Assembly (NCBI RefSeq): GCF_006345805.1
Contig: NW_021828987.1
Span: forward strand, 1-6,965
DNA from: Octopus sinensis
Lineage: Eukaryota
Direction of reading: 5' to 3'
Length of the DNA stretch: 6,965 nt
The notes under the pieces are model-generated. The model worked only from the letters and a program-made list of their open reading frames with translations. It was not told the origin of the DNA and ran no database searches. Below, one piece after another: positions 6,601-6,965 of this stretch. Position 1 is the first letter of the stretch. Each line of letters starts with the position of its first letter. The position numbers and the translations under genes are program-made.

Positions 6601-6965
6601 TAAAATACACCACAAAAACACACAATATTATTCAATTTTTGACCCCTAAATAAAATACACCACAAATACACACACAATATTATTCAATTTTTCCTCCCAT
6701 TTTTGACCCCTAAATAAAATACACCACAAATACACACACAATATTATTCATTTTCCCCCCCACACACATTTTTTGACCCCTAAATAAAATACACCACAAA
6801 TACACACAATATTATTCAATTTTTTCCCCTCCATTTTTGACCCCTAAATAAAATACACACACAATATTATTCAATTCCCCCCACCCCACCCATTTTTGAC
6901 CCCTAAATAAAATGCACCACAAACACACATAATATTATTCAATTTTTTCCCCTCCATTTTTGACC
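6601..6965. repeat. Minisatellite, at least 6 units of 50-70 bp, truncated by the window end
   Basis: Units start (taaaat) at 6601, 6651, 6715, 6785, 6849 and 6908. Invariant blocks are aatattattca and tttttgacccctaaataaaat. Confidence 0.95.

Noticed and set aside
6601-6965. CRISPR-like repeat/spacer pattern or telomere
   Set aside because: The spacers are short, related low-complexity C-runs, the context is eukaryotic with no cas genes, and CCCTAA is single per unit rather than tandem.

Overview
This is eukaryotic, gene-free, repeat-saturated DNA. The SINE sequences and the microsatellite density suggest a coleoid cephalopod (Octopus-like), but that is recalled, not searched. No intact host gene is supported; almost all supplied ORFs are microsatellite artefacts. 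The window holds a Helentron-type non-autonomous element (23-377), several tRNA-derived SINE copies, and a probable Penelope-like relic with a decayed type I hammerhead (minus strand, 1549-1594). Two diverged 3' fragments of R4/Dong-like restriction-like-endonuclease (RLE) retrotransposons (3012-3410 and 3959-4294) flank one 547-bp (CATA)n tract; both were missed by the ORF track. A fold-back repeat (4550-4708) encloses a decayed type III hammerhead. There is also a 143-bp tandem triplication of a chimeric SINE head (4789-5193), an internally deleted rosa/DD41D-like Tc1/mariner with TIRs and TA TSD (5766-6290), and a 50-70 bp minisatellite running off the right end.
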